Source: Kineococcus radiotolerans SRS30216 = ATCC BAA-149 (lineage in GTDB: Bacteria > Actinomycetota > Actinomycetes > Actinomycetales > Kineococcaceae). From it: a stretch of 32,000 nucleotides of DNA. The stretch covers positions 2,910,001-2,942,000 of the forward strand of contig NC_009664.2 in the NCBI RefSeq assembly GCF_000017305.1, given 5' to 3'. Position numbers and translations under genes: made by a program. Below the pieces are notes generated by a model. That model saw only the letters and a program-made list of their open reading frames with translations, searched no databases and was not told where the DNA came from. Positions 11,466 through 18,962 of this stretch are shown here, in pieces. Numbering within the stretch: position 1 is the first letter of the stretch; each line of letters begins with the position of its first letter.

Positions 11466-12539
11466 GTGAGCGCGGTCGAGCAGGCCAAGAACGCGATCAG
11501 CACGGTCACGCGCAGCTTCCCCGCCCGCGTCTGGCAGCGCTACGGCGAGGCCCGCGGCAACGTGCTGGCCGGGGGGATCGCCTACTTCGCCTTCTTCTCC
11601 ATCTTCCCCGCGCTCGCGGTGGGCCTGACGGTCCTGGGCCTGGTGATGCGCAACACCCCCGAGGTGCGCGACGTCGTCGTCGACAACCTCATCGCCGGGG
11701 TGAACCAGTACGCACCGGACCTGGTGCACCGCGGGGTGAAGCCGGCGAACGGCACCGGGATCTACATCGACGAGTTCATCCAGGGCACCGCCCTCACCTG
11801 GTCGCTCGTGGTGTCCACCGCGACGTTCCTCTTCACGGGCCTGGGCTGGATGGACGGGATGCGCGAGAGCATCCGCGCGGTCTTCGGCGACCCCCCGGGC
11901 GGGGGGAACCTCGTCGTGGTGCGGTTGCGCGACCTGCTCGGGATGCTCGTCGTCGGGTCGGGGGTGGCGCTGTCGGTGGCCTCCGTCGTCGTCACCAACG
12001 GCGCCGGCGGCTACCTGCTGAGCGCCCTGGGCTTCGAGCCCTCCACCTGGTCGCGGTGGCTGCTGGGCGCCGCCGGCTTCCTCGTCGCCTTCGCCATCGA
12101 CACCTGCACCTTCCTGCTCGTCTTCCGGGTGCTGCCCAACGCCGACGTGCCGCTGCACGACCTGCTGCAGGGCGCGGTCCTCGGCGGGATCGGGCTGGGC
12201 CTGCTCAAGCAGTTCGGCACCGCCTTCGCCCGCCGCAGCGCCGAGGGCAACGCCTTCCTCGGGGCGGCCGCCACCCTCGTGGTGCTGCTGGTGCTCATGA
12301 ACCTCATCAGCCGGCTCATCCTGCTGGCGGCGGCGTGGGCGGCCACCCGGGCCGAGGACAGCGGGACGCTGCACCCGGACCTCATGGCGCAGGCGCGCCT
12401 GACCGCGCCGCTGGGCCCGGAGCCGCCCGAGGGCTTCGGCGCGGGGGAGGGCCGGCGGCGGCTCCCGTTCCTCTCCGGCCTCCTCGTCGGCGTCCTCGGC
12501 GGCCGCACGCTGCGCCGGGTCCGGCGGTCCCGGCGCTGA
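11466..12539 (+). CDS. YihY/BrkB-family membrane protein
   Basis: 357-aa ORF. The N-terminal GNVLAGGIAYFAFFSIFPALAVGL is the hallmark YihY/virulence-factor-BrkB segment, followed by multiple TM helices. GAGGAG Shine-Dalgarno upstream of the GTG. Confidence 0.85.
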   Translation: MSAVEQAKNAISTVTRSFPARVWQRYGEARGNVLAGGIAYFAFFSIFPALAVGLTVLGLVMRNTPEVRDVVVDNLIAGVNQYAPDLVHRGVKPANGTGIYIDEFIQGTALTWSLVVSTATFLFTGLGWMDGMRESIRAVFGDPPGGGNLVVVRLRDLLGMLVVGSGVALSVASVVVTNGAGGYLLSALGFEPSTWSRWLLGAAGFLVAFAIDTCTFLLVFRVLPNADVPLHDLLQGAVLGGIGLGLLKQFGTAFARRSAEGNAFLGAAATLVVLLVLMNLISRLILLAAAWAATRAEDSGTLHPDLMAQARLTAPLGPEPPEGFGAGEGRRRLPFLSGLLVGVLGGRTLRRVRRSRR

Positions 12540-12560
12540 GGCGGGTGGGAGGATCGCGGG

Positions 12561-12803
12561 GTGGTCCTCTCCAAGCCCGCCAGCTGGTTCCTCGTCCTCT
12601 TCGGGGTGTGGAGCTGGTTCATCTGGCCGAACTTCCTGCGCAACATCTGGGGCGACCCGCGCTCGTTCGAGGACGGCCCGCAGCCGTTCTTCCTCGTCCA
12701 CCTGGTGCTGGTCGTGGTGAGCCTGGTGCTGGGCACCGCCATCGCGCTGCTGGGGGTCCGGGGCCTGCGAGGATGGGCCCGCCCCACCCGCGAGGACCGC
12801 TGA
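12561..12803 (+). CDS. Small two-TM membrane protein (resembles what I recall as the actinobacterial SCO4848 family)
   Basis: 80-aa ORF with a GGGAGGA Shine-Dalgarno, strong G/C at third positions, and two hydrophobic helices (WFLVLFGVWSWFIW and FFLVHLVLVVVSLVLGTAIALLG). The family name is from memory and unverified. Confidence 0.65.
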   Translation: MVLSKPASWFLVLFGVWSWFIWPNFLRNIWGDPRSFEDGPQPFFLVHLVLVVVSLVLGTAIALLGVRGLRGWARPTREDR

Positions 12804-12816
12804 CCCTGGAGGAGCC

Positions 12817-13833
12817 GTGCCGACTCCGGCCGCCCCGACGCTCGAGTCGGTCGCCGCGCGCGCCGGCGTCTCCCGCGCCACCGCCGGCCGCGTGCTCGCC
12901 GGCTACGGCCGGGTCAGCGACGCCGCGAGGGAAGCCGTGCTGCGGGCGGCGTCGGAGCTGTCCTACGTGCCCAACCAGGCGGCGCGCTCGCTGGTGACCC
13001 GGCGCACCGGGTCGATGGCCCTCGTCGTCGTCGAACCGGTGGAGCGCTTCTTCGCCGACTCCTACTTCCCGCTCGTCCTCAGCGGGGCCCAGGCCCAGCT
13101 CGCCGACCGCGAGGTGCAGCTGGTGCTGGTGGTGCTCTCCACCCCGCGCGAGCGCGAGCGCTTCGAGCGCTACGCCCGCGGCGGCCACGTGGACGGGGCG
13201 ATCCTGGTGTCGGTGCACGGGCCGGACCCGCTGCCGCAGCACCTGCTGGACGCGGGCATCCCCGTGGTGATGTCGGGGCGTCCCTACGAGGAGTCCTCCG
13301 CGGTGCCGTTCGTCTCGGCCGACAACGTCGGTGGTGCCCGCGCGGCCACCCGGCACCTGCTGGAGCGGGGGTGCCGCCGGGTGGTCACCGTGACCGGGCC
13401 GATGGACATGCGGGTGGGTCAGGAGCGGCTGGAGGGCTTCCGCACCGAGCTGCGGGCGCACCGGGTCCGGTTCAGCGCGGGCCTGACCGCCTCGGGGGAC
13501 TTCACCGTGGAGGGCGGGCGGCGGGCGACGGAGGGTCTGCTGGCGCGCTGGCCGGACCTCGACGGCGTGTTCGCCGCCAACGACCTCATGGCGGCGGGGG
13601 CGCTGCAGGCGCTGTCGGCGGCGGGGCGGGCCGTGCCCGAGGACGTGCGCGTGGTCGGCTTCGACGACGCCCCGCTGGCGGCGGCCGCCACGCCCCCGCT
13701 GACCACGGTGCGCCAGCCGGTGGTGGAGATGGGCCGGGCGCTGGCCCGGATGCTGCTGGCGCTGGTGGACGGCCAGCCCGCGGTGGACCACGTCATCGCG
13801 CCCACGGAACTCGTCGAACGCGCCACGTCCTGA
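12817..13833 (+). CDS. LacI-family transcriptional regulator (CebR-like)
   Basis: 338-aa ORF. N-terminal HTH TLESVAARAGVSRATAGRVLAG, YVPNQAARSL, then a periplasmic-binding-protein-like sugar sensor domain (VVGFDD). GGAGGAG Shine-Dalgarno upstream. It sits immediately upstream of a cellobiose-type ABC/GH1 cluster and two palindromic operators. Confidence 0.9.
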   Translation: MPTPAAPTLESVAARAGVSRATAGRVLAGYGRVSDAAREAVLRAASELSYVPNQAARSLVTRRTGSMALVVVEPVERFFADSYFPLVLSGAQAQLADREVQLVLVVLSTPRERERFERYARGGHVDGAILVSVHGPDPLPQHLLDAGIPVVMSGRPYEESSAVPFVSADNVGGARAATRHLLERGCRRVVTVTGPMDMRVGQERLEGFRTELRAHRVRFSAGLTASGDFTVEGGRRATEGLLARWPDLDGVFAANDLMAAGALQALSAAGRAVPEDVRVVGFDDAPLAAAATPPLTTVRQPVVEMGRALARMLLALVDGQPAVDHVIAPTELVERATS

Positions 13834-13879
13834 CCCGTTGACAGCGGGTACCTCCGGGGTTCACCCTGTACGCACCCCT

Positions 13880-13893
13880 TGAGAGCGCTCTCA
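13880..13893. promoter_or_regulatory. Operator O1: perfect 14-bp palindrome TGAGAGCGCTCTCA (LacI/CebR-type)
   Basis: Read directly. The central GAGCGCTC core matches the published Streptomyces CebR box TGGGAGCGCTCCCA, with symmetric G-to-A and C-to-T changes. It lies between the LacI gene and the solute-binding-protein gene. Confidence 0.7.
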
Positions 13894-13912
13894 CGCTCCA
13901 CCGGCGCTGTTC

Positions 13913-13926
13913 TGAGAGCGCTCTCA
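13913..13926. promoter_or_regulatory. Operator O2: second identical copy of TGAGAGCGCTCTCA
   Basis: Identical 14-mer 33 bp downstream of O1 (centre to centre) and 56 nt upstream of the ATG at 13982. Both copies are followed by CG. Confidence 0.7.
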
Positions 13927-13981
13927 CGGACCCTGATCACTGTCGATCCGCCGTTCCGGCGAGGCCCGAGGAGCTCCCCCC

Positions 13982-15289
13982 ATGTCCACAGTCCGCGCGA
14001 AGACCCTCGCCGCCCTGGCGACCACGATCACCGGTGCCCTGCTCGTCACCTCCTGCAGCACCGCCCAGTCCGACACCGGCGACGAGGCCACCGCCGCCGG
14101 GGGGAAGGCGCTCACCGTCAGCCTCTTCGGCACCTTCGGCCTCGAGGAGGCCGGCCTGTTCGACGAGTACGAGAAGCTCAACCCCGGGGTCACCATCCAG
14201 TACGAGTCCACCCAGGGCGAGAACAACTACTGGCCCGCGCTGCAGACCAAGCTGGCCTCCGGCAACGGCGCCGCGGACATCCAGGGCATCGAGGTCGGCC
14301 GCATCGCCGACGTCGTCGCCAACCAGGACGACAAGTGGGTGGACCTCTCCACCACCGTCGCGGGGGAGCAGACCCCCAACTACCCCGAGTGGAAGTCGGC
14401 CGCCGCCACCACCGAGGACGGCAAGGTCCTCGGCATGGGCACCGACATCGGCCCCATGGGGCTCTGCTACCGCAGCGACCTGCTCCAGCAGGCCGGGCTG
14501 CCCACCGACCCCGCCCAGCTCGCCGCCCGGATGACCTCCTGGGCCGACTACGTGGCGCTGGGGCAGGAGTTCAAGGCCAAGGCGCCCGCGGGCACCGCCT
14601 GGATGGACTCCGCCGGCGGCTTCTACAACGCGATCGTCTCCACCGAGGAGGAGATCTACTACGACGAGGCCGGCGAACTGGTCTGGGACACCAACCCCGC
14701 CGTCAAGACCGCCTTCGACACCGCCGCCGCCGCCGCGCAGGGCGGCCTGACCGCCAAGCTCGAGCAGTTCGAGGACCCCGCCTGGGACTCGGGCTTCGGC
14801 AGCGGCTCGTTCGCGACCATCGCCTGCCCCGCCTGGATGGTCGGCTACATCAAGGGCAAGGCCGGCGACGCCGGTTCCGGCAAGTGGAACGTCACCTCCC
14901 TGCCCGGCGGGGCCGGCGGCAACTGGGGCGGCGCCTACCTGGGCATCCCGCAGTCCAGCAAGAACCAGGAGGAGGCCGCCAAGCTCGTCAAGTGGCTGAC
15001 CGACCCCGAGCAGCAGGCGAAGGTCTTCGAGGTCGGCGGGAACTTCCCCTCCAACACGAAGGCGTTCCCGCTGGTCGCCGACGCCACCGACGAGTACTTC
15101 CAGAACGCGCCCATCGGGCAGATCTTCTCCAAGGCCGCCGAGGCCGCCCCCACCCAGGTCCTGGGTGAGGAGGACGCGGTCGTGAAGTCCTCGCTGGTGC
15201 AGGCCCTGCTGTCCGTCGAGGTCAACGGGATCACGCCCGCCGCCGCCTGGGAGAGCGCCGCCGGCGACCTCGCCAACCAGATCGGCTGA
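13982..15289 (+). CDS. ABC sugar transporter solute-binding lipoprotein (CebE-like, family 1)
   Basis: 435-aa ORF. Signal peptide with lipobox LLVTSC, and the Trp/Tyr/Gly-rich composition typical of carbohydrate binding proteins. GAGGAG Shine-Dalgarno upstream. Followed by two MalF/MalG-type permeases. Confidence 0.9.
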   Translation: MSTVRAKTLAALATTITGALLVTSCSTAQSDTGDEATAAGGKALTVSLFGTFGLEEAGLFDEYEKLNPGVTIQYESTQGENNYWPALQTKLASGNGAADIQGIEVGRIADVVANQDDKWVDLSTTVAGEQTPNYPEWKSAAATTEDGKVLGMGTDIGPMGLCYRSDLLQQAGLPTDPAQLAARMTSWADYVALGQEFKAKAPAGTAWMDSAGGFYNAIVSTEEEIYYDEAGELVWDTNPAVKTAFDTAAAAAQGGLTAKLEQFEDPAWDSGFGSGSFATIACPAWMVGYIKGKAGDAGSGKWNVTSLPGGAGGNWGGAYLGIPQSSKNQEEAAKLVKWLTDPEQQAKVFEVGGNFPSNTKAFPLVADATDEYFQNAPIGQIFSKAAEAAPTQVLGEEDAVVKSSLVQALLSVEVNGITPAAAWESAAGDLANQIG

Positions 15290-15295
15290 CCCCGT

Positions 15296-15333
15296 GGACC
15301 GGGGTGGCCGCCGCGCGGCGGCCACCCCGGTCC
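15296..15333 (+). terminator. Intra-operon stem-loop: 17-bp perfect stem with a GCGC loop, 7 nt after the binding-protein stop
   Basis: GGACCGGGGTGGCCGCC-GCGC-GGCGGCCACCCCGGTCC, with every pair checked by hand. There is no T-tract, so it may act as a partial terminator or a 3'-end stabiliser rather than a full stop. Confidence 0.7.
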
Positions 15334-15370
15334 CGTCGAACCCACCCGACCTGACCTGCGAGGAGACGCC

Positions 15371-16351
15371 GTGAGCGCTCAGAGCACCACCGCACCACCG
15401 GCCCCGTCCGGTCCCGGCCGCAAGGCCACCGCACCGGAGCCGACGCTGCGCTCGCGGCTGTTCCGGTTCGAGGGCCTGGCCGCGCCGTACGCCTACATCG
15501 CCCCGTTCTTCCTGCTGTTCCTGGCCTTCGGGCTGTTCCCGCTGATCTACACGATGTGGATCAGCTTCCAGTCCTACGAACTGGGTTCGGACCCGGAGTG
15601 GACGGGCTGGGAGAACTACGTCTGGCTGTTCACCAACGAGAAGTTCTACAACGCGCTGGCGAACACCTTCACCCTCGGCATCCTGTCCACCGTGCCGCAG
15701 CTGATGCTGGCCCTGGGCCTGGCGCACCTGCTGAACTACCGGATGCGCGGCCGGAACTTCTTCCGGGTCGCGATGATGATGCCCTACGCCACGTCCGTGG
15801 CCGCCTCCACCCTCGTGTTCGCCCAAATCTTCGGGCGCGACAACGGCCTGGCCAACTGGCTGCTCTCGCTGGTCGGCATGGACGCCCTGGACTGGCGCAA
15901 CGGGGACCTCAGCGCCCAGATCGCCATCTCGATCATCGTCATCTGGCGCTGGACGGGCTACAACGCCCTCATCTACCTGGCGGGCATGCAGTCCATCCCG
16001 CAGGACCTCTACGAGGCCGCCGCGCTGGACGGCGCGAACCGGTGGCAGCAGTTCCTGCACGTCACCCTGCCGGGTCTGCGCCCGACCATCCTCTTCACCG
16101 TGGTGGTCTCCACCATCGGGGCCACCCAGCTGTTCGGCGAACCGCTCCTCTTCGGCGGTGTCGACGGCGGTGCGCTGAACCAGTACCAGACGCTGGGCCT
16201 GTTCATGTACCAGCAGGGTTGGGCGTTCGGTGCCCTCGGCCGGGCCGCCACCATCGCCTGGGTGACGTTCCTGCTGATCATCGTCCTCGTCCTGCTGAAC
16301 ACCGCGCTCGCCCGCTGGCGCGACCGCGAGACCCAGGGAGCCCGCCGATGA
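15371..16351 (+). CDS. ABC sugar transporter permease (CebF/MalF-like)
   Basis: 326-aa ORF. EAA-loop region [25 protein letters not shown] and six or more hydrophobic helices. GAGGAG Shine-Dalgarno upstream. Confidence 0.9.
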   Translation: MSAQSTTAPPAPSGPGRKATAPEPTLRSRLFRFEGLAAPYAYIAPFFLLFLAFGLFPLIYTMWISFQSYELGSDPEWTGWENYVWLFTNEKFYNALANTFTLGILSTVPQLMLALGLAHLLNYRMRGRNFFRVAMMMPYATSVAASTLVFAQIFGRDNGLANWLLSLVGMDALDWRNGDLSAQIAISIIVIWRWTGYNALIYLAGMQSIPQDLYEAAALDGANRWQQFLHVTLPGLRPTILFTVVVSTIGATQLFGEPLLFGGVDGGALNQYQTLGLFMYQQGWAFGALGRAATIAWVTFLLIIVLVLLNTALARWRDRETQGARR

Positions 16352-17244
16352 GCACCACCACCGTGCGCGACGCCGCGCTGGCCGCGCCCACCCCGCCGCG
16401 CGAGGGCCGCCGCAAGCGCTACCGCGCCCCCGACGCCGCCGGCTGGCTGACCTACGTGCTGCTGGGCGTCACCACGTTCGTCTTCCTCGTGCCGTTCTAC
16501 TACATGATCGTCGCGGCCAGCCGGCCGATGGCGGAGATGACGCAGTCGCCGCCGCCGTTCCTGCCCGGCCCCTACCTGTGGCAGAACATCACGACCGCGC
16601 TGGAGCAGCAGGCCATCGGCCTGGCCATCCTGAACTCGCTCATCGTCTCCGGCATCACGACGATCGGGACCCTGCTGTTCTGCACCCTCGCCGGGTTCGC
16701 CTTCGCCAAGCTGCGGTTCCGCGGCAAGAACGCGCTGTTCGCCATCACCATCGGCACCCTCATGATCCCCCCGACCCTGGGCGTCGTGCCGCTGTACAAG
16801 ATCATGTCCGACTGGAACCTGGCCGGCCGGCTGGAGTCGGTCATCCTGCCCTCGCTGGTCACCGCGTTCGGCGTGTTCTTCATGCGCCAGTACCTCGTGC
16901 AGACGCTGCCCGACGAACTGCTCGAAGCGGCTCGGATGGACGGCGCGTCCTCCACCCGCACCGTCTGGTCCATCGTGCTGCCCATCGCCCGCCCCGGCAT
17001 GGCCGTGCTGGGGATGCTCACCTTCATGACGGCCTGGAACGACTTCTTCTGGCCCGTCATCGCGCTGAACTCCTCGATGCCGACGGTGCAGGTCGCCCTG
17101 AACAACCTCGGCAGCGGCTACGTCCCCGACACCTCGATCATCATGGCCGGCACCCTCGTCGGCACCCTGCCGGTCATCGTCGTCTTCATCCTGCTCGGCA
17201 AGCAGATCGTCAGCGGCATCATGGCCGGCGCCGTCAAGGGCTGA
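16348..17244 (+). CDS. ABC sugar transporter permease (CebG/MalG-like)
   Basis: In-frame part of ORF 15556..17244. The ATG at 16348 overlaps the upstream stop (ATGA). EAA loop [27 protein letters not shown]. Confidence 0.9.
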   Translation: MSTTTVRDAALAAPTPPREGRRKRYRAPDAAGWLTYVLLGVTTFVFLVPFYYMIVAASRPMAEMTQSPPPFLPGPYLWQNITTALEQQAIGLAILNSLIVSGITTIGTLLFCTLAGFAFAKLRFRGKNALFAITIGTLMIPPTLGVVPLYKIMSDWNLAGRLESVILPSLVTAFGVFFMRQYLVQTLPDELLEAARMDGASSTRTVWSIVLPIARPGMAVLGMLTFMTAWNDFFWPVIALNSSMPTVQVALNNLGSGYVPDTSIIMAGTLVGTLPVIVVFILLGKQIVSGIMAGAVKG

Positions 17245-17294
17245 ACGCCCACCCCGAAACCCCACCCGCGTCAGCCGTCCCAGGAAGGGCCCCC

Positions 17295-18758
17295 GTGACC
17301 ACCACCGAAGAACGCTCCACCACCCCCGCTCCCAGCGCCGCCGAGCGCACCTTCCCGCCCGGTTTCGTCTGGGGGACGGCCACCGCGTCCTACCAGGTCG
17401 AGGGGGCCGTCGCGGAGGACGGGCGCACGCCCTCGATCTGGGACACCTTCAGCCACACCCCCGGCCGCGTCGTGGCCGGGGACACCGGCGACGTCGCCGA
17501 CGACCACTACCACCGCTTCCGCGAGGACATCGCCCTCATGAAGCGGCTGGGGATGGCCTCCTACCGGTTCTCCGTGGCCTGGCCGCGCATCACCCCGCAG
17601 GTCAGCGCCGACGAGCTCGGCCCCGTCAACCCGGCCGGTCTGGCGTTCTACTCCACCCTCGTCGACGAGCTGATCGCCGCCGGGATCGAACCCGCGGTCA
17701 CCCTCTACCACTGGGACCTGCCCCAGGCCCTGGAGGACGCCGGCGGGTGGACCGCGCGCACCACCGCCGAGCGCTTCGCGGAGTACGCCGAGGTCGTGGC
17801 CGGGGCGCTCGGCGACCGGGTGCGCACCTTCATCACCCTCAACGAGCCCTGGTGCTCGGCCTACCTCGGCTACGCCTCCGGCGTGCACGCCCCCGGGCGC
17901 ACCGAACCCGCCTCCGCGCTGGCCGCGGTGCACCACCTCAACCTCGCCCACGGCCTCGGGGCCGCCGCCGTGCGCCGCGCCGCCCCCGGAGCGCGGGTGG
18001 CCCTGACCCTGAACCTGGCGTGGGTCCGCACCGAGGGCACGAGCGAGGCCGACGCCGACGCCGTGCGCCGCGTCGACGGCCTGCAGAACCGGGTGTTCCT
18101 CGACCCCGTGCTGCGCGGCACCTACCCCGCCGACGTCCAGGCCGACACCTCCTCGGTCACCGACTGGTCCTTCGTGCGCGAGGGCGACCTCGCCCTCATC
18201 CACCAGCCGCTGGACGTGCTGGGCGTGAACTACTACAGCCCCACCGTCGTGCGCGCCTGGGACGGCTCGGCCCCCCGGGCCGAGAACGACGGGCACGGCA
18301 ACAGCGCCCACAGCCCGTGGGTCGCCTCCACCGACGTCGAGTTCCCCGAGCTGCCGGGGGAGAAGACGGCCATGGGCTGGAGCATCGACCCGCGGGGCAT
18401 GACCGAGCTGCTGCTGCGGATCCACCGCGAGCACCCCGGCCTGGAGCTGCTGGTCACCGAGAACGGCGCCGCCTACGACGACGTCGTCGTCGCCGGGCAG
18501 GTCCACGACGTCGAGCGCACCCGCTACCTGCGCGACCACCTCGCGGCCGTGCTCGACGCCGTGGAGGCCGGCGCCCCCGTCACCGGTTACTACCTGTGGT
18601 CCTTCCTGGACAACTTCGAGTGGGGCTACGGGTTCTCCAAGCGCTTCGGCGTCGTCCACGTCGACTACGCGACCCAGGAACGCACCGTCAAGGACAGCGC
18701 GCTCTGGTACGCCGACGTCGTCAGCCGCAACGCGCTCCCGGCCGCCGACGCCGACTGA
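17295..18758 (+). CDS. Beta-glucosidase, glycoside hydrolase family 1 (BglC-like)
   Basis: In-frame part of ORF 16578..18758. GTG at 17295 follows AGGAAGGG. Motifs: [18 protein letters not shown], the acid/base TLNEPW and the nucleophile VTENGAAY. Confidence 0.9.
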   Translation: MTTTEERSTTPAPSAAERTFPPGFVWGTATASYQVEGAVAEDGRTPSIWDTFSHTPGRVVAGDTGDVADDHYHRFREDIALMKRLGMASYRFSVAWPRITPQVSADELGPVNPAGLAFYSTLVDELIAAGIEPAVTLYHWDLPQALEDAGGWTARTTAERFAEYAEVVAGALGDRVRTFITLNEPWCSAYLGYASGVHAPGRTEPASALAAVHHLNLAHGLGAAAVRRAAPGARVALTLNLAWVRTEGTSEADADAVRRVDGLQNRVFLDPVLRGTYPADVQADTSSVTDWSFVREGDLALIHQPLDVLGVNYYSPTVVRAWDGSAPRAENDGHGNSAHSPWVASTDVEFPELPGEKTAMGWSIDPRGMTELLLRIHREHPGLELLVTENGAAYDDVVVAGQVHDVERTRYLRDHLAAVLDAVEAGAPVTGYYLWSFLDNFEWGYGFSKRFGVVHVDYATQERTVKDSALWYADVVSRNALPAADAD

Positions 18759-18764
18759 GCCCGG

Positions 18765-18796
18765 CGGGGGACGGCCGTCGCCCCGGCCGTCCCCCG
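18765..18796 (+). terminator. Stem-loop after the GH1 gene (12-bp stem, 8-nt loop)
   Basis: CGGGGGACGGCC-GTCGCCCC-GGCCGTCCCCCG begins 7 nt after the stop at 18758. No T-tract, as is common in GC-rich actinobacteria. Confidence 0.6.
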
Positions 18797-18962
18797 GCAC
18801 GGTCCCCCGTGGGGGCCGGAGGGGATTCCTCGGAACTCCTTGTGACGCCGTGATCACGTGTGGGAGCGTACGGCGGCGGCGGCCGCCACCCGGCGACCGG
18901 GCGCGGGTGCCCGCCGCCGGGCGTGGGGGAGCAGGGCGCTCCCCCCGCGGGAGGGGGCGCAC

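Noticed and set aside
13838-13843. TTGACA -35-like hexamer upstream of the operators
   Set aside because: No acceptable TANNNT -10 lies at 16-19 bp spacing (the candidates are TCACCC and CACCCT), so no promoter is called.
18841-18858. Canonical CRP/GlxR site (TGTGA-N6-TCACA) here and at 30098-30114
   Set aside because: The half-sites are present, but the GTGA-to-TCAC spacing is 8 nt rather than 6 in both copies. I report the shared motif as a finding but do not call it a CRP site.
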